Assembly (NCBI GenBank): GCA_021613535.1
Contig: CP075496.1
Span: 3,162,001-3,226,000, forward strand
Source: Adineta vaga
Lineage: Eukaryota; Animalia; Rotifera
Length of the DNA stretch: 64,000 nucleotides
Direction of reading: 5' to 3'
Shown one piece after another: positions 39,404 to 51,232 of this stretch (positions are counted from its first letter, which is position 1; the number at the start of each line of letters is the position of its first letter). The notes under the pieces were generated by a model. That model saw only the letters and a program-made list of their open reading frames with translations. It did not search any database and was not told the origin of the DNA. The position numbers were made by a program, and so were the translations under genes.

Positions 39404-39890
39404 CTTTTGTATGACAATAGACTTTTCACATTAGTGTTCGAATGTATGAAGGAGAGATATAGTTAGTCTATACAAACATAAAGTAATGAGAGACGAAAGA
39501 ATAAATACGACATATATATATATATATATCGAATGCGTGAGATAATCAATCGGAAGAGAAATTCTATGTACAAATGGTGGTTGGCTTGATGACGAAAACA
39601 AAGGTCGAGTAAACAAAACGGCGATTGATGTAGACACGAACTAGACTACTTGTTTGTTATTTAATATGACAATACTCTCATGTTCACATCAATATTGACG
39701 TGTTCGATTTCTATGTATTTGATGACTTTTCAACTCATTTGAATTCGAAGGTTTTTTTTCATAGTTATCTTTTTCTTGTGAAAGTTAAAGTATGAGAAGA
39801 TTAACGTATGGCGATATATTATAAGTTCGATGTGCTTGTTCGTTTTATTTCAATCAAATAAAAGAAAATATATGTAAAAAAAAAGATTAT

Positions 39891-40795
39891 TCATTGAATT
39901 TGGGAAGGTTTAAAATGGCCTAATTCTCTTCGTATTTGTTCATTTTCATATTGTGAATGTTGAACATGAAATGTATTAATACCATTTCGATTTGGTTGAT
40001 CTAAATCAGTAAAATGTGAAATCATTCTTCGATGTCCCCATGATTTATCTGGATATTTTGGATAACTCTATTGAAAAGAAATTAAACAATATATGTTTAT
40101 ACAGAGAGAGATATTCATTATTCATTTACTTTGTCAGCATATTCAGAATGAATAGCAGTTTTCATTTCATAAGGATATGGTGGACAATAGTCGGCATGAT
40201 ATGTCGATTCCGAAGTTGCGTGACCATGCATTGGAGGATTTCGTGGGGCTAACACTTTATCAGTTAAATTTGGATCACTTCGTTGAAGTAATCTAAACGA
40301 ATAGAAAAAGAAGTTATTCATAAGAAATCAAAATACAATTTAACATGACAAACCCATTTAATGCCGCATTTGCAACATCTATATTAGCACGATCGATCAT
40401 TTTACGTGGATATTCTTGTTCAATATACCATGGACGTTCAAGAAATGGTTGATCTTGTTGATCTTTTGCTGTTGTATTAGGTAATTTTGTCTAAAAAAGT
40501 GATCTTATTTTCAAACTTAAAAATATATGCAATTCCTTTACGTACTTCTCCATCGGTGGCTAATTGTTTATATGTTGATATATGCATATTTCTAACTGGG
40601 AGTTTATTAATATCATTATCTTTTGGTTCTGCTTCACGTTTTTGATGCCTAGAAAATGGAATAATTCGTCACAGATTAAAAACGAATCGAATATACAAAC
40701 CAAATATTTGTTAATACAGCTCGACTATATTCCATTGGTATAGTTGATTGAAGGGTAATAGAACCCGGTGTTTCACGATACGGTGCATTGATCAT
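39891..40795 (-). CDS. CFAP95: Cilia- and flagella-associated protein 95 (C9orf135), microtubule inner protein, 5 exons
   Basis: GSITLQS...YSRAVLTNIWHQKREAEPK...STYKQL...PRNPP...STYHADYCPPYPY...HRRMISHFTDLDQPNRNGINTFH aligns motif by motif with human C9orf135 as I recall it (GSLTLRS..YSKPVL..WHRDREAFPK..STYRRL..DYVPPY..SQFTDL..GINTWH). Confidence 0.85.
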
Positions 40796-40885
40796 GTTTT
40801 CTTCTTCTTCTATTCAATTATTCCGATAGAATAAAAAGATCAGTATTAAAAAAATATTCTCATTGATATACTTCGAACATTATTT

Positions 40886-40898
40886 GTTTCCAAGCAAC
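40886..40898. promoter_or_regulatory. RFX X-box in the CFAP95 / dystrobrevin-like divergent promoter
   Basis: GTTTCC-A-AGCAAC fits GTNRCC/GTTNCC(N0-3)RGYAAC, about 90 bp upstream of the CFAP95 ATG. Confidence 0.6.
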
Positions 40899-41116
40899 GA
40901 CACTCGACATTAGATGTCGCTCGATAAAAGAAAGAATAATTATTATCTATAAACTAAACTATCATTTTTCTTTACATAAAAAAATGTTTTTATAATAAGA
41001 AATCAATATGATTTTTCTTTCTACTTAGAATTGTTGACATATAGTTCATTCAAAATAAATAAACAAATATATGATACTATGATTGATAAATTACATTCAA
41101 TCTCACAAACGAAACA

Positions 41117-43670
41117 ATGACAACAACGGATAGTGATGAAAAAGAGTAATTTTTTTGTTGTTTTTATACGTGACATTTCACAGTTTTCTAATGAATTTTT
41201 AGTTCAAATGAAAAGTTGTACGATACAATCGTTCAAAAGCTAGGTAAATCGTCTTTTTCTGTGTTTTATTCAACTAATTCTATTGAATTCTTTTTATTTA
41301 GACAAGTTATCAGCAATAAAATTCGCTGCTTATCGTGTTGCTTGTAAACTTCGTGTTTTACAAAAATATTTGAAATGTAAATCTGCAGTGAACAATCTTA
41401 TCAACTTGAAATTTCTTTTTTTCTTCTTCAGTGAGTTATGTTGATTACAATGTTCTTGTACGAGCTTTTAATACTCATCAAATACAATTTGGTGTTGAAA
41501 CAAGAGTTTTAAGTATAGATGATGCACGACAAGTTTTAACTGCTATTTATCAATTGATTTCGACTTATCATTTTAATGCATTGAGTGTTGAAGAAACAGT
41601 GGAAGCATTTTTAACATTTTTATGTGAAATTCTGGATGTGTATGTAGAAATTGTTTTTCTAAAGAAAACATATTTGGAAAATTTGTTTCTAAAGGAAATC
41701 GAATGAAGATTTTGATCTGAATTCATTCAAAATTATTCTTTTTGCATTATCCAATGCTCGATTACCCGAAAAATATCGATGTAAGTCAATAAAAAAGTTT
41801 TCCTATTAGAATAATTTTCGTTCTGATTTCATTGAAAAGGTTTTTTCCGACAAATCACATCACCAAATGTCATTGCATCACAAGTGAAATTAACCGAACT
41901 TTTTCAAATACTTCTCAAAGTAAACTAAATTTTGAAAAGATTTGTTGATTTTTGTTATATTTTATTTTTAGTTACCAAATCATTTGGATAATGTTGAATC
42001 ATTTCATACAGATAATATTCCTGCTTGTGTACAAAGTTGTCTTGATCATGTAAGTATAGATATTTGATTTGAGAAATTATCTGTAACATGAACAATCATT
42101 ATAAGTGAACTGAACTTTGTCCATCAAGTAAATAAAAGAGAATTAGATGACGTCATATGTAGTCGACTAATTTTCGTGGAAATTGAATCATTAGATTATT
42201 AAAATTCCAATAAATGATCATAATTACTAATCTAAGAATGACTGCTAACATTGAAAATTATCACATAACTCTTTTTTTGTCATTACAAAACAGGAAGATG
42301 TTTTGCTAAAGAAATATTATGATGGCATAGTGAGTAACATGATTTTCTATTTTAGACTCATGATGGAATTATTCGTGAAGATATCTTTGTCAATTGGATG
42401 GGTCGAGAACCACAAACATTAGTTTGGTTACCAACATTACATCGTTTAATGGCTACTGAATCAAGTCTGTCTATTTATATATTTTTTTTCTATTAGACAT
42501 TTTTCTCTTCTAGTTCGTCATGAAGCTCAATGTAATACTTGTAAAGCATATCCAATTGTTGGCATGCGGTGAATAAAACTCTTTTTTTTAGAAAGAAAAT
42601 TACTTTATTTTTTTAAATAGTTATCGATGTCTTCGATGTTTTAATTATGATCTATGTCAAACGTGTTTCTTCATAGGTGATCATGCGAAAAAACATGATG
42701 GATCTCATCCGATTGAAGAATATTGTAAACAAGTAAAGACAAATAAAAATTCATTTGATTAGATAAGAAAATATGATGTATTTATGTTGAATAGGTGACA
42801 CCATTTGAAGATTTGAAAGCTTTTTATGAATTTTTTAAATTAAAAGTTGGCAAAAATGAATTGAAACGTAAAGAACGTTATTTAACAATTGATCGATCAA
42901 AATCATTGTAAATCATTTTTCTTCTTTGACTAAAAATATTCTATCTTTATTACTTTTTCCTACTAGTTCTGATTCGCCAATACATCAAACTAATCCATTG
43001 CTTACGAACGAACATCATTCATTAACTCGTGAAGATAAAATAACGAAAAAAGTATGTCAATATTCATCTTTTCATTAGATTAGAGAAAAAGATTTTCTTC
43101 TAGACTCAACTTCAAGATATCTATCGTCCAATACCAAAATCTGAAACAAATGGTACTCATTTAGATGATGAAGAAAAGATACCTTTAAGTGGTTATGACA
43201 ATGTTCCATTACCTGAAAGAAACAAAGTACATAAAAATGGAACTGTTTCCAATAATGAACAAATAAAAACCAAGAAAATAAACTATATGAATATCGAACA
43301 GCCGACAAGTTCATCACCAAAAAAGACACAATTACCTGATGATGATGCACCAATGCTTATGCCTAAGCAACATAAACCTATGAATAGATCATCATTTACA
43401 AAGAAATATACAGAAGATTTAGTTCATTCTGAACATTATCAATTACCACCGAAGGATAGTAATAATGCTAATGCTAATGATGATGATGACGATGATGATA
43501 ATGAATATCGACCACCATTACCACCGAAACTTCGTCATCAAAATAATACATCTCGTGCACTTGTTTATGATTTTATTGGTAGTGAATTGCAAGAACTTCG
43601 TGCAACTCTTGCACAATTCGATGGCAATGCATCACGTATATATTCACATCATAATCTAATTTCTAAATAA
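41117..43670 (+). CDS. Dystrobrevin/dystrotelin-like dystrophin-family protein (EF-hand region + ZZ zinc finger), multi-exon
   Basis: [75 protein letters not shown]...HPIEEYC, followed by a Pro-rich tail. Confidence 0.88.
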
Positions 43671-44043
43671 TTATTTTATTTTAGATGTTTAATCGACGTT
43701 TTGTACTATAGACAAAATTATTCTTTTGTTTTTATTTGATTTCAATACAGTATCATAGAATGTATCAGTGCCTTATTCAATTACCCCGATACATATTGTA
43801 TCATTTAGTATCCTTTAGTTGTTTTCATTTTTTTTTGTGCATGTTTTTTCTTTTGTATTGCTGTGAATTACTTAGAAAGTCGTTCTTTTTTGTTTTAGTG
43901 AATAATTTTGTGCTCTTATGTTTTCTACTATCTCACTTATCTGAAATGATACGGTCAGATAATGAATGCCATGTAATTTGAAGAAAAAAACAAAACAAAA
44001 CAAATCAATGATTTGTTTTCATCATTTCTTTTTATAATTGTAG

Positions 44044-44403
44044 ATGTCTGAGGATAGCCTTCGTATTCCACGTGATCTACGAAATTTACGTGCTTGTTTG
44101 GTATGTTCATTAATTAAAAGTGTTGGCATGTTTGAAGAAGATGGCTGTGATAATTGTGAAGATTTTATGCCAATGAAAAACAATCGTGAACGTGTTTATG
44201 ATTGTACATCAAGTAATTTTGAAGGTATGATTGCATTGATGCATCAAGAAGAATCTTGGGTAGCCAAATGGCAACGAATTTCCCATAATGTCAAAGGAAT
44301 GTATGCAGTTTCAGTAACAGGAACATTGCCAAAACGGATTCAACATGAATTACAACGAAATGGTCGACCATATCGTAGTCGAGATGTTAGTTTAAAAACA
44401 TAG
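44044..44403 (+). CDS. SUPT4H1: Transcription elongation factor SPT4 (DSIF small subunit)
   Basis: LRACLVCSLIKS...GCDNC...CTSSNFEGMIALM...SWVAKWQRI...GMYAVSVTGTLP...YRSRD. Confidence 0.97.
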   Translation: MSEDSLRIPRDLRNLRACLVCSLIKSVGMFEEDGCDNCEDFMPMKNNRERVYDCTSSNFEGMIALMHQEESWVAKWQRISHNVKGMYAVSVTGTLPKRIQHELQRNGRPYRSRDVSLKT

Positions 44404-44523
44404 AAACATTTGTCAAAAAAAATTGTCATATTATATGATTGTATCTTTGTTAAAATAAAGCAAAAAAAGAGTTTGTTTCTAATATTCGAGAAAGATTTTT
44501 TGTTTCTGAATTGTCTTCCTATT

Positions 44524-45489
44524 TCACTTTTGTACATTCAATTGACAATTAGTTACAATTTCTTTGCCGATGGGAGCAACACGTGCTGGTCTAAGAAATC
44601 TCATCAAATGATTCCAACTGGTATGCCATGCTCGCAAAAATCTCACATCAAGTGCAGCAATGACTATTGGATCAAGTGCTATGCTGATGTAGCTAAGTAT
44701 TTGTGTGATATTGCTTGCTATGGTATTTCTTCGATAGAATGAAAAGACAAGAAGGTAAGGTGACCATAATGTTAACCATAGAGAATAGAAAACACTTGAT
44801 TGAATAACTAATCGTCGATGATATTTTAATCGTGCAATGATTATTTGTTCAGTTTGAATACCATTAGTATTACGAACAAATTTCAAACTGAGAAGAAGAA
44901 ATATTAATGTGAGACTAACCGGTATTAAATAGGAAAATGTAAGAAAGCTAATTTGAACAGCAATTGATGCTAAATCAACATCACACGCATCACCATATGG
45001 CCGGTAAAGAATAAACCAATGACATAAAATTGATACAATGTAATATAAAAGTGGTAAAATATAAACAAGAAAATGAATAACTATCATCATATGTTGTTTA
45101 TATACATAAACATCATGATTACGAACAATTTGTATATATCGACAAATATTTAATGCCAAAAGAATAAAACTTTGAAGAAGATTAAGGTAAGTATCTAAGA
45201 TAGCTTCACAATAACAAATAATGATACGAACTATATTAGGTATACATAATGGCCACCATCGATAAACATACAAGAAAAAGAATCGAAGAAGTAAAAATAG
45301 ATCTGTTCCTAAATAAGCATATAACCATTGCATGGAACGTTGTCGTACCGTTGGATATGCAATCATATTTAACCAGAAGAGAAGATGTATACTTGCTGCA
45401 ATGACACAAATATAAAATGGTAATTTCAATGCGTTAGCCGCTTGATCAGACCATATCATAATTAAACAAGTAGTAGTATTGCTATCCAT
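44524..45489 (-). CDS. Intronless orphan 7TM receptor, paralog 1 of a tandem cluster
   Basis: 321 aa, 7 TM; YLGTD (TM2), LALNICRY (DRY equivalent), LWSPY (TM6), LDPIV (TM7). Confidence 0.85.
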   Translation of the reverse strand: MDSNTTTCLIMIWSDQAANALKLPFYICVIAASIHLLFWLNMIAYPTVRQRSMQWLYAYLGTDLFLLLRFFFLYVYRWWPLCIPNIVRIIICYCEAILDTYLNLLQSFILLALNICRYIQIVRNHDVYVYKQHMMIVIHFLVYILPLLYYIVSILCHWFILYRPYGDACDVDLASIAVQISFLTFSYLIPVSLTLIFLLLSLKFVRNTNGIQTEQIIIARLKYHRRLVIQSSVFYSLWLTLWSPYLLVFSFYRRNTIASNITQILSYISIALDPIVIAALDVRFLRAWHTSWNHLMRFLRPARVAPIGKEIVTNCQLNVQK

Positions 45490-48207
45490 CTTTTCTTTTC
45501 TTTTCTTATTATATTTAGTACTTATAAATAATTCCAGTAATGCCTCTAAATCTTTTTCAATTTATGAAATCAAACTTCGGCATAGTTATTGAATAGAATG
45601 AATAGAACAGTACGCGTGATGCTCTTTTGAACTTCATTCATTAGTAGAAATTCTTCTTTTCAAGAAAAACATTGCTAAATAATGTGTAAAGAATTAAACT
45701 AATCATGAATATAAATAACACATAATTATTATTCGATTGACTATCCATGCATGAATTTTAAGCAATGATAGTCGAGTACAAATTGTTGTATCATTAGAAT
45801 GCTTTGGTAGAAACGCTAATTTTTTCTATAGAAGAATTTATTTTTACAAGATGTTAGATTTCCTTGTCTTGATAAAACTGAATGGCATTCTTGTAATCAG
45901 TTATGGGTAGGAAACGGTATCTCATATGAATAGGATTCATTATAGATTTGAACAATATCATCTAAGTTTACATATTATAATTAAGGTCCTGGGAACTGAA
46001 TATATCTATACTCTATTCGAATGGGTATGTCTGATGAATTTTCCATAATCAAGAGCTTGATTAATCAAGATAAGCATTCAAATTTAATTGAGGGTCACAA
46101 GTCCTTTGTTCAGACGTTTTTTTAACATCTAACATAAAATGCGTCGACATACATCATGTGATGACAGAAATTACATTCAGTTGAACGAGTTTTTTTAATC
46201 TATATTATAATCTTAGTGAACTCAGGCACACCCTAAATCAGCATCTATTTAAATATGGAAACAGCTAACTATTTTTCTTGAATAAATACACATCATCTAT
46301 CGAGATGAAATCCACTGAAATAATTGAATTCTATACCAGTATAGTCTTAACTTTAACTTCTTCATAGATGTTCAATCACAAGTATCCGGTTTTAATTAGA
46401 TATCAATGAATTTTGAGTGTTGCCAATAAAAAAACTCGGTTTCTTATTCATAGTAATAGTTAATGACATGTTATAATCAAACTTTCTCTTCCAAATAAGA
46501 AGGAACACAGCACATATGAATATTTAAATTCTTTTTTGTCTGATTATATTTAATTGAACACGATATTTAACTAATCCATATAGTCTCGTTTGCAAGGGAA
46601 TAACATCGGATTCCCATTATGTATAACTCAAGAGACTACTATAAGAACCCAACAAATCTTGATATTTTTCTTTATCTTAATCAACAATGCTATCTTCGTA
46701 ATTAAAACTGTACGCATTCAAATGAATCGTTAATATATATGATACATGCACAAACTGCAACATAAACTGAATACAAAGATCAAAAGAAGGTTGTACGTTT
46801 CAAACAAAATCATCATATCAACAATAAACAACAGCTACTGAAACAAACACTCTGAAACGAGATGATACTTTAATAATGCATACTAACTATCATCAACACG
46901 CCGCAAACATCTTCGAAAAATTCACATAGAGTTTTCATTTTCTAATTGAATCATGCAGAACAAGAAAGTTTTCTAGCGTTCATCTGCTCAATCAAACTTG
47001 GGGCAGTGGTGCTTGTTTTGTTTTCTTCTTTTTTTTAATCGTACATTGAGCGGGTTAAAATAAAGGACTACTGTTTATGCATTGAATGGACTTTGTGTAT
47101 CTCTACTCAATGCTAGAATATTAGTGCTTTTTTCTTTTTGAAACATCAGTACATTCACAAAAGGACATCCTTAGATGTGCTCTCGAGATTTCAGTAAAAC
47201 CTGTGACTGTGTGTTAATCTAAGTAAACCTTACTCAGATGCCAAACAATTAGGTGCTCTTTAGTTTCTTACAGATTTTTCAAAATGTCTAGTCTGGTTTG
47301 ATGTGTTTGTATCTTCTATGTTTCTAATACAGCATTCGCGATCTTGTACATTAACTATATGTATTTTTCCGGATCTTTCTATTCATACTTTTTTTAAAAC
47401 TTCCGCAATCATTAATTGTATGTTTTTCTTATCATCTATACAACAACTGTTAATAATATCATTCACATTTTTAACAATCTGGTACGTCAGAAATCTCTGG
47501 AACATTCTCAAAATGAACAATCATCCAAATATTATGAGTTGACCATTCAACTGTTTCTGTTGTTTAACCAACTGATAACTTCAGCAGAATTCCTAGTGGA
47601 TCCTTTTGTTACATTGGATTTTGATGAATATGGCTATGGCTGTCCTTATTATAAAGAAAAAGCTGAGAATACTGATGCCATGAAAAATTTCCATGATACA
47701 AGTGTGTAGAAATTGTAGAATTCTCAAAAATATCGACTACTTACGGACTACGTACACAATATGAACTAATAAAATACAAGAACTATGCCGAATAAAGCAC
47801 GACCTTGGTACTAAAAGTACGAAAACAGAAATTCAAACGTGTCGACGATGCTGATATAAGATACTAAGTAATCACACTTTATCAAGAAAAACTGAAAAAG
47901 TTGATAGTCAAAACTCATTTGCAAGTCCAAAATGAAATATTCATTTTTTCGACACAAATTTTTATTCTTCGACAGTGTGCGATGACTTTTCTTTCATTTG
48001 CCCCAGACACTTTTTCCATGTTCTTTTTTTTAACTATTTTTCGGAAGTGTTCATAAATATTATAAAAACCTCATATCTGCAATGAAGGAACTGCGTGAAA
48101 GTAAAGACATCAATATTATGAAAATAAACGTACGCCACACTCTCATTCACACCTAGCACACATTTTTAAACAAATAAAAATTTCATTAAAGTCATAAACG
48201 CTGGGTA

Positions 48208-49197
48208 TTATTTTCTCTCTAAAATCTCTATCGCAGTTCGTTTTAATGAGTTCGTCGGACTTGAAAACGTTACGACTGGAACGCGCACAGATCTTTTTCT
48301 TCTAATTTGTCGATCAAAATGATGACTCGATGATTTCCATACATGAAAAAATCGAACATCGAGTGCAGCTATCACCACAGGATCAACTGTGATACTGATA
48401 TAGTTCAGTATTTGAGCAACAATTCCAATACTACTATTCTTATAACAAAATGGAAACACGAGTAAATGAGGTGACCATAACAATAACCACAATGAATAGA
48501 ACACACATGACTGAATCACCAATTGTCGATGATATTTCAGTCGAGCATCAACGATTTCACGAGATTGAATTCCATCCGTATTGTGAATATAATTAAGACT
48601 CAACGAAAGAAAGATAATTGCCAAAATAACTGGAATGAAATAAGAAAAGAGAAGAAATAGTAGTTGAACTAATAATGATGTTGGTAGAAGATCACAAACA
48701 TCATCTGATGGACTCTGCAAAGTTGACCATCCACGTCGAATCAAAGTCAAATGACCGATTAATGGAAAAAGATAGATGAGAAGATGAACAATGATGATGA
48801 GACGAGTGTTGATCGAATAAACGTTGTGATTGTGGACAATCTGAAGATATCGACAAATGTTCAATGCGAGAAGAATATAACTTTGAAGAAGATTGAGATA
48901 ATTATCAAAGATTGCTTCACAATAACAGATGACGATGCGAAGAAGGTGTGGTATACAGAATGACCACCATCGATAGATGTACGAGAGAAAGAATCGAATG
49001 ATGAGAAGAAGATCAGTGACAAGATATGCATAGAGCCATTGCATTGATCTTTGTCGAACAGATGGATAGATAATGAACTGGATCCAGAAGAAGAGATGAG
49101 TGAATGTTGCAAGAATGGAAATATAGAAGATAGGTTTGAGGATTGTAATCGCTTGTGGAGACCAAATGATAATTTCACAATCAGTTCGATTGTTCAT
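48208..49197 (-). CDS. Intronless orphan 7TM receptor, paralog 2
   Basis: 329 aa; same motif set (LALNICRY, LWSPH, VDPVV). Confidence 0.85.
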   Translation of the reverse strand: MNNRTDCEIIIWSPQAITILKPIFYISILATFTHLFFWIQFIIYPSVRQRSMQWLYAYLVTDLLLIIRFFLSYIYRWWSFCIPHLLRIVICYCEAIFDNYLNLLQSYILLALNICRYLQIVHNHNVYSINTRLIIIVHLLIYLFPLIGHLTLIRRGWSTLQSPSDDVCDLLPTSLLVQLLFLLFSYFIPVILAIIFLSLSLNYIHNTDGIQSREIVDARLKYHRQLVIQSCVFYSLWLLLWSPHLLVFPFCYKNSSIGIVAQILNYISITVDPVVIAALDVRFFHVWKSSSHHFDRQIRRKRSVRVPVVTFSSPTNSLKRTAIEILERK

Positions 49198-51232
49198 TGT
49201 TGTTCCGGAATGAACATGTAGTACTAGTTATCTGTTTGTTTTCAAAGTAGTATCTTGTGCTAATTTAAATGAAGGAATTTTAATGATTGTGTTATTAATC
49301 ACGACAAAAGAGTTACAAATATGCACAATTTGTCATAAGCACCAAGACTGAAAAGTACCGAAGACATTGTGCATGATGAAGAACATCTAGAAATAATAGA
49401 AAGAGAAAAGCATTTACATAGAATGTGAATATGTTACTTGAAACTCCGAAAAAATCTTTTTTTTCCTCAGTTAACAGTTGGTTGAAGAGAAATGAGATCG
49501 ATGCTACTTGTGTATCTACAAGCGAAGAAAACAAAATCATCGTCATCGTTCTCGCTTGGCCTTAGGCGGCTAAGTGTGTCGAAAAACAACCAGAAAAAAC
49601 AGTAGATATTTCATCATTTTCATATTTAGTATAAACTTCTCAAGCTTTGCTTTCAGAATCGCTGTAAATAAGGGAGAAAGCCATTTGAGCAATTTTGTTA
49701 ACTATGTTGTCAAAGAAGAATAAGATTCATATCATACATATACTATTGACAAACATAAATTATGGTAAGATTCTCAGAATAGATAATTAACATCGATCGA
49801 TGCTGTTCGCGTTCGGTGACTAGTTTATGCTGTACAATAGTTTCTCATGTATCAACAAACAACTGAAGAAAACGTTAATTTTGCAATGATTTAAGAGTAA
49901 ATAAGAAAAAGAAGCTAATTTTAGAAGTGCTAATTTTTAGACGAGATATTTATGATAGATTGCAGAGACCAAAATGAAATAGAAAACGTCTAGTTTCTTT
50001 GTATCAACTTCGACTATTGTTCTTTAGACGTCAAGAGAATTGCTCAGATGAAAGAGCAATTGTCAAAATTTGATGAAAAAAGAAAAAGAAATTGTTGACT
50101 TTTTTCTTACTAATGTTCTTGTGAAACAGTGACAAAATAGATGAACTTATCCTAAATATTTATTTTGAGTTATTTAGTCGATAAACGAACGTTGAGAAAG
50201 CAAATCTGCATAGATGTGAATTCAGTTTGAACCAATTATTATTCATGTATTGATCTCATTGCCACTAAGTTCGATAACGATAACATTTTATTCATACAGT
50301 AATCGACTATAAATTAACTTCATAATATTTCGAGAAAATTTCATTTTATTCTTATTGTTATTCTACGTCTACAATGAACAAGAATGACATAGATAGATAT
50401 TCTATTATGAAGAATGAAAAATAACAGATAAAGTACGATGAGAGACTGTTATCTGTTTGAGTTTAATGGATAGAAGTCAAAATCAATTGCATTCTATGTA
50501 TACGATCGTTAGCTTGAAGTTATTGAATAAAGTACCATTAACTCAATGTCAAATTATAATTCGTTTTATTCTCATTTCCTTTTGCTATGATAGAAGAATG
50601 AGTAAACAGAAACAATCAATGTTATAGATGAAAGTTGAATATCGAATGATTTGTATTTCTATGGTAAGTAGAATTATTGAACATTTGATAGAAACAATTT
50701 TGTATATTTCAACCAAGATATAGTTCATGAAATTTACAAAAACAACTATGAAGAGGAATACTGAACGAAGGAAGAGTTGATCTACTTGTTTCCATATATT
50801 TTCAATTAGTTCTCTTTGTTAAACATTCTTCAATGTCACGATACATTTTACGCTGTCTATAGTCTTCCTTTTATATCCTATTCTTATGGAATGAAATATA
50901 AGCAAGAAATCTATTTAATTCTACCGGAGAAAGACAAATATGTGCATCCCGTATTTCTATAATTGTAAGTGAGAAGTCGACGAAATTCAGAAAGAAAAAT
51001 TTTCTCAAACATATCTTTCTCTAAAAAAGATTACTCTAACCAAAACAGTATAATATGAAATATTATATAGTAATAAACATTTTTGTGATATATGTTTGAA
51101 CCACAAAATGACTAAAACGTTTCTTAATTTTATGATAATTTCCTATGGTTGTCAAAAAAGAACCCAATATAAGCTGAAATATTTGTTTTTAATTGGATAA
51201 CTAAATTATATTAACATAAACCTGAAATTATG

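Noticed and set aside
47416-47709. 97-aa ORF between the GPCRs
   Set aside because: No recognisable domain, non-ATG start and no convincing exon structure; at most a relic.
47945-49586. 12-bp inverted repeat (tttttcgacaca / tgtgtcgaaaaa) flanking GPCR paralog 2 as transposon TIRs
   Set aside because: Short, partly homopolymeric, with no target-site duplication or transposase seen; compatible with chance or dispersed repeat fragments.
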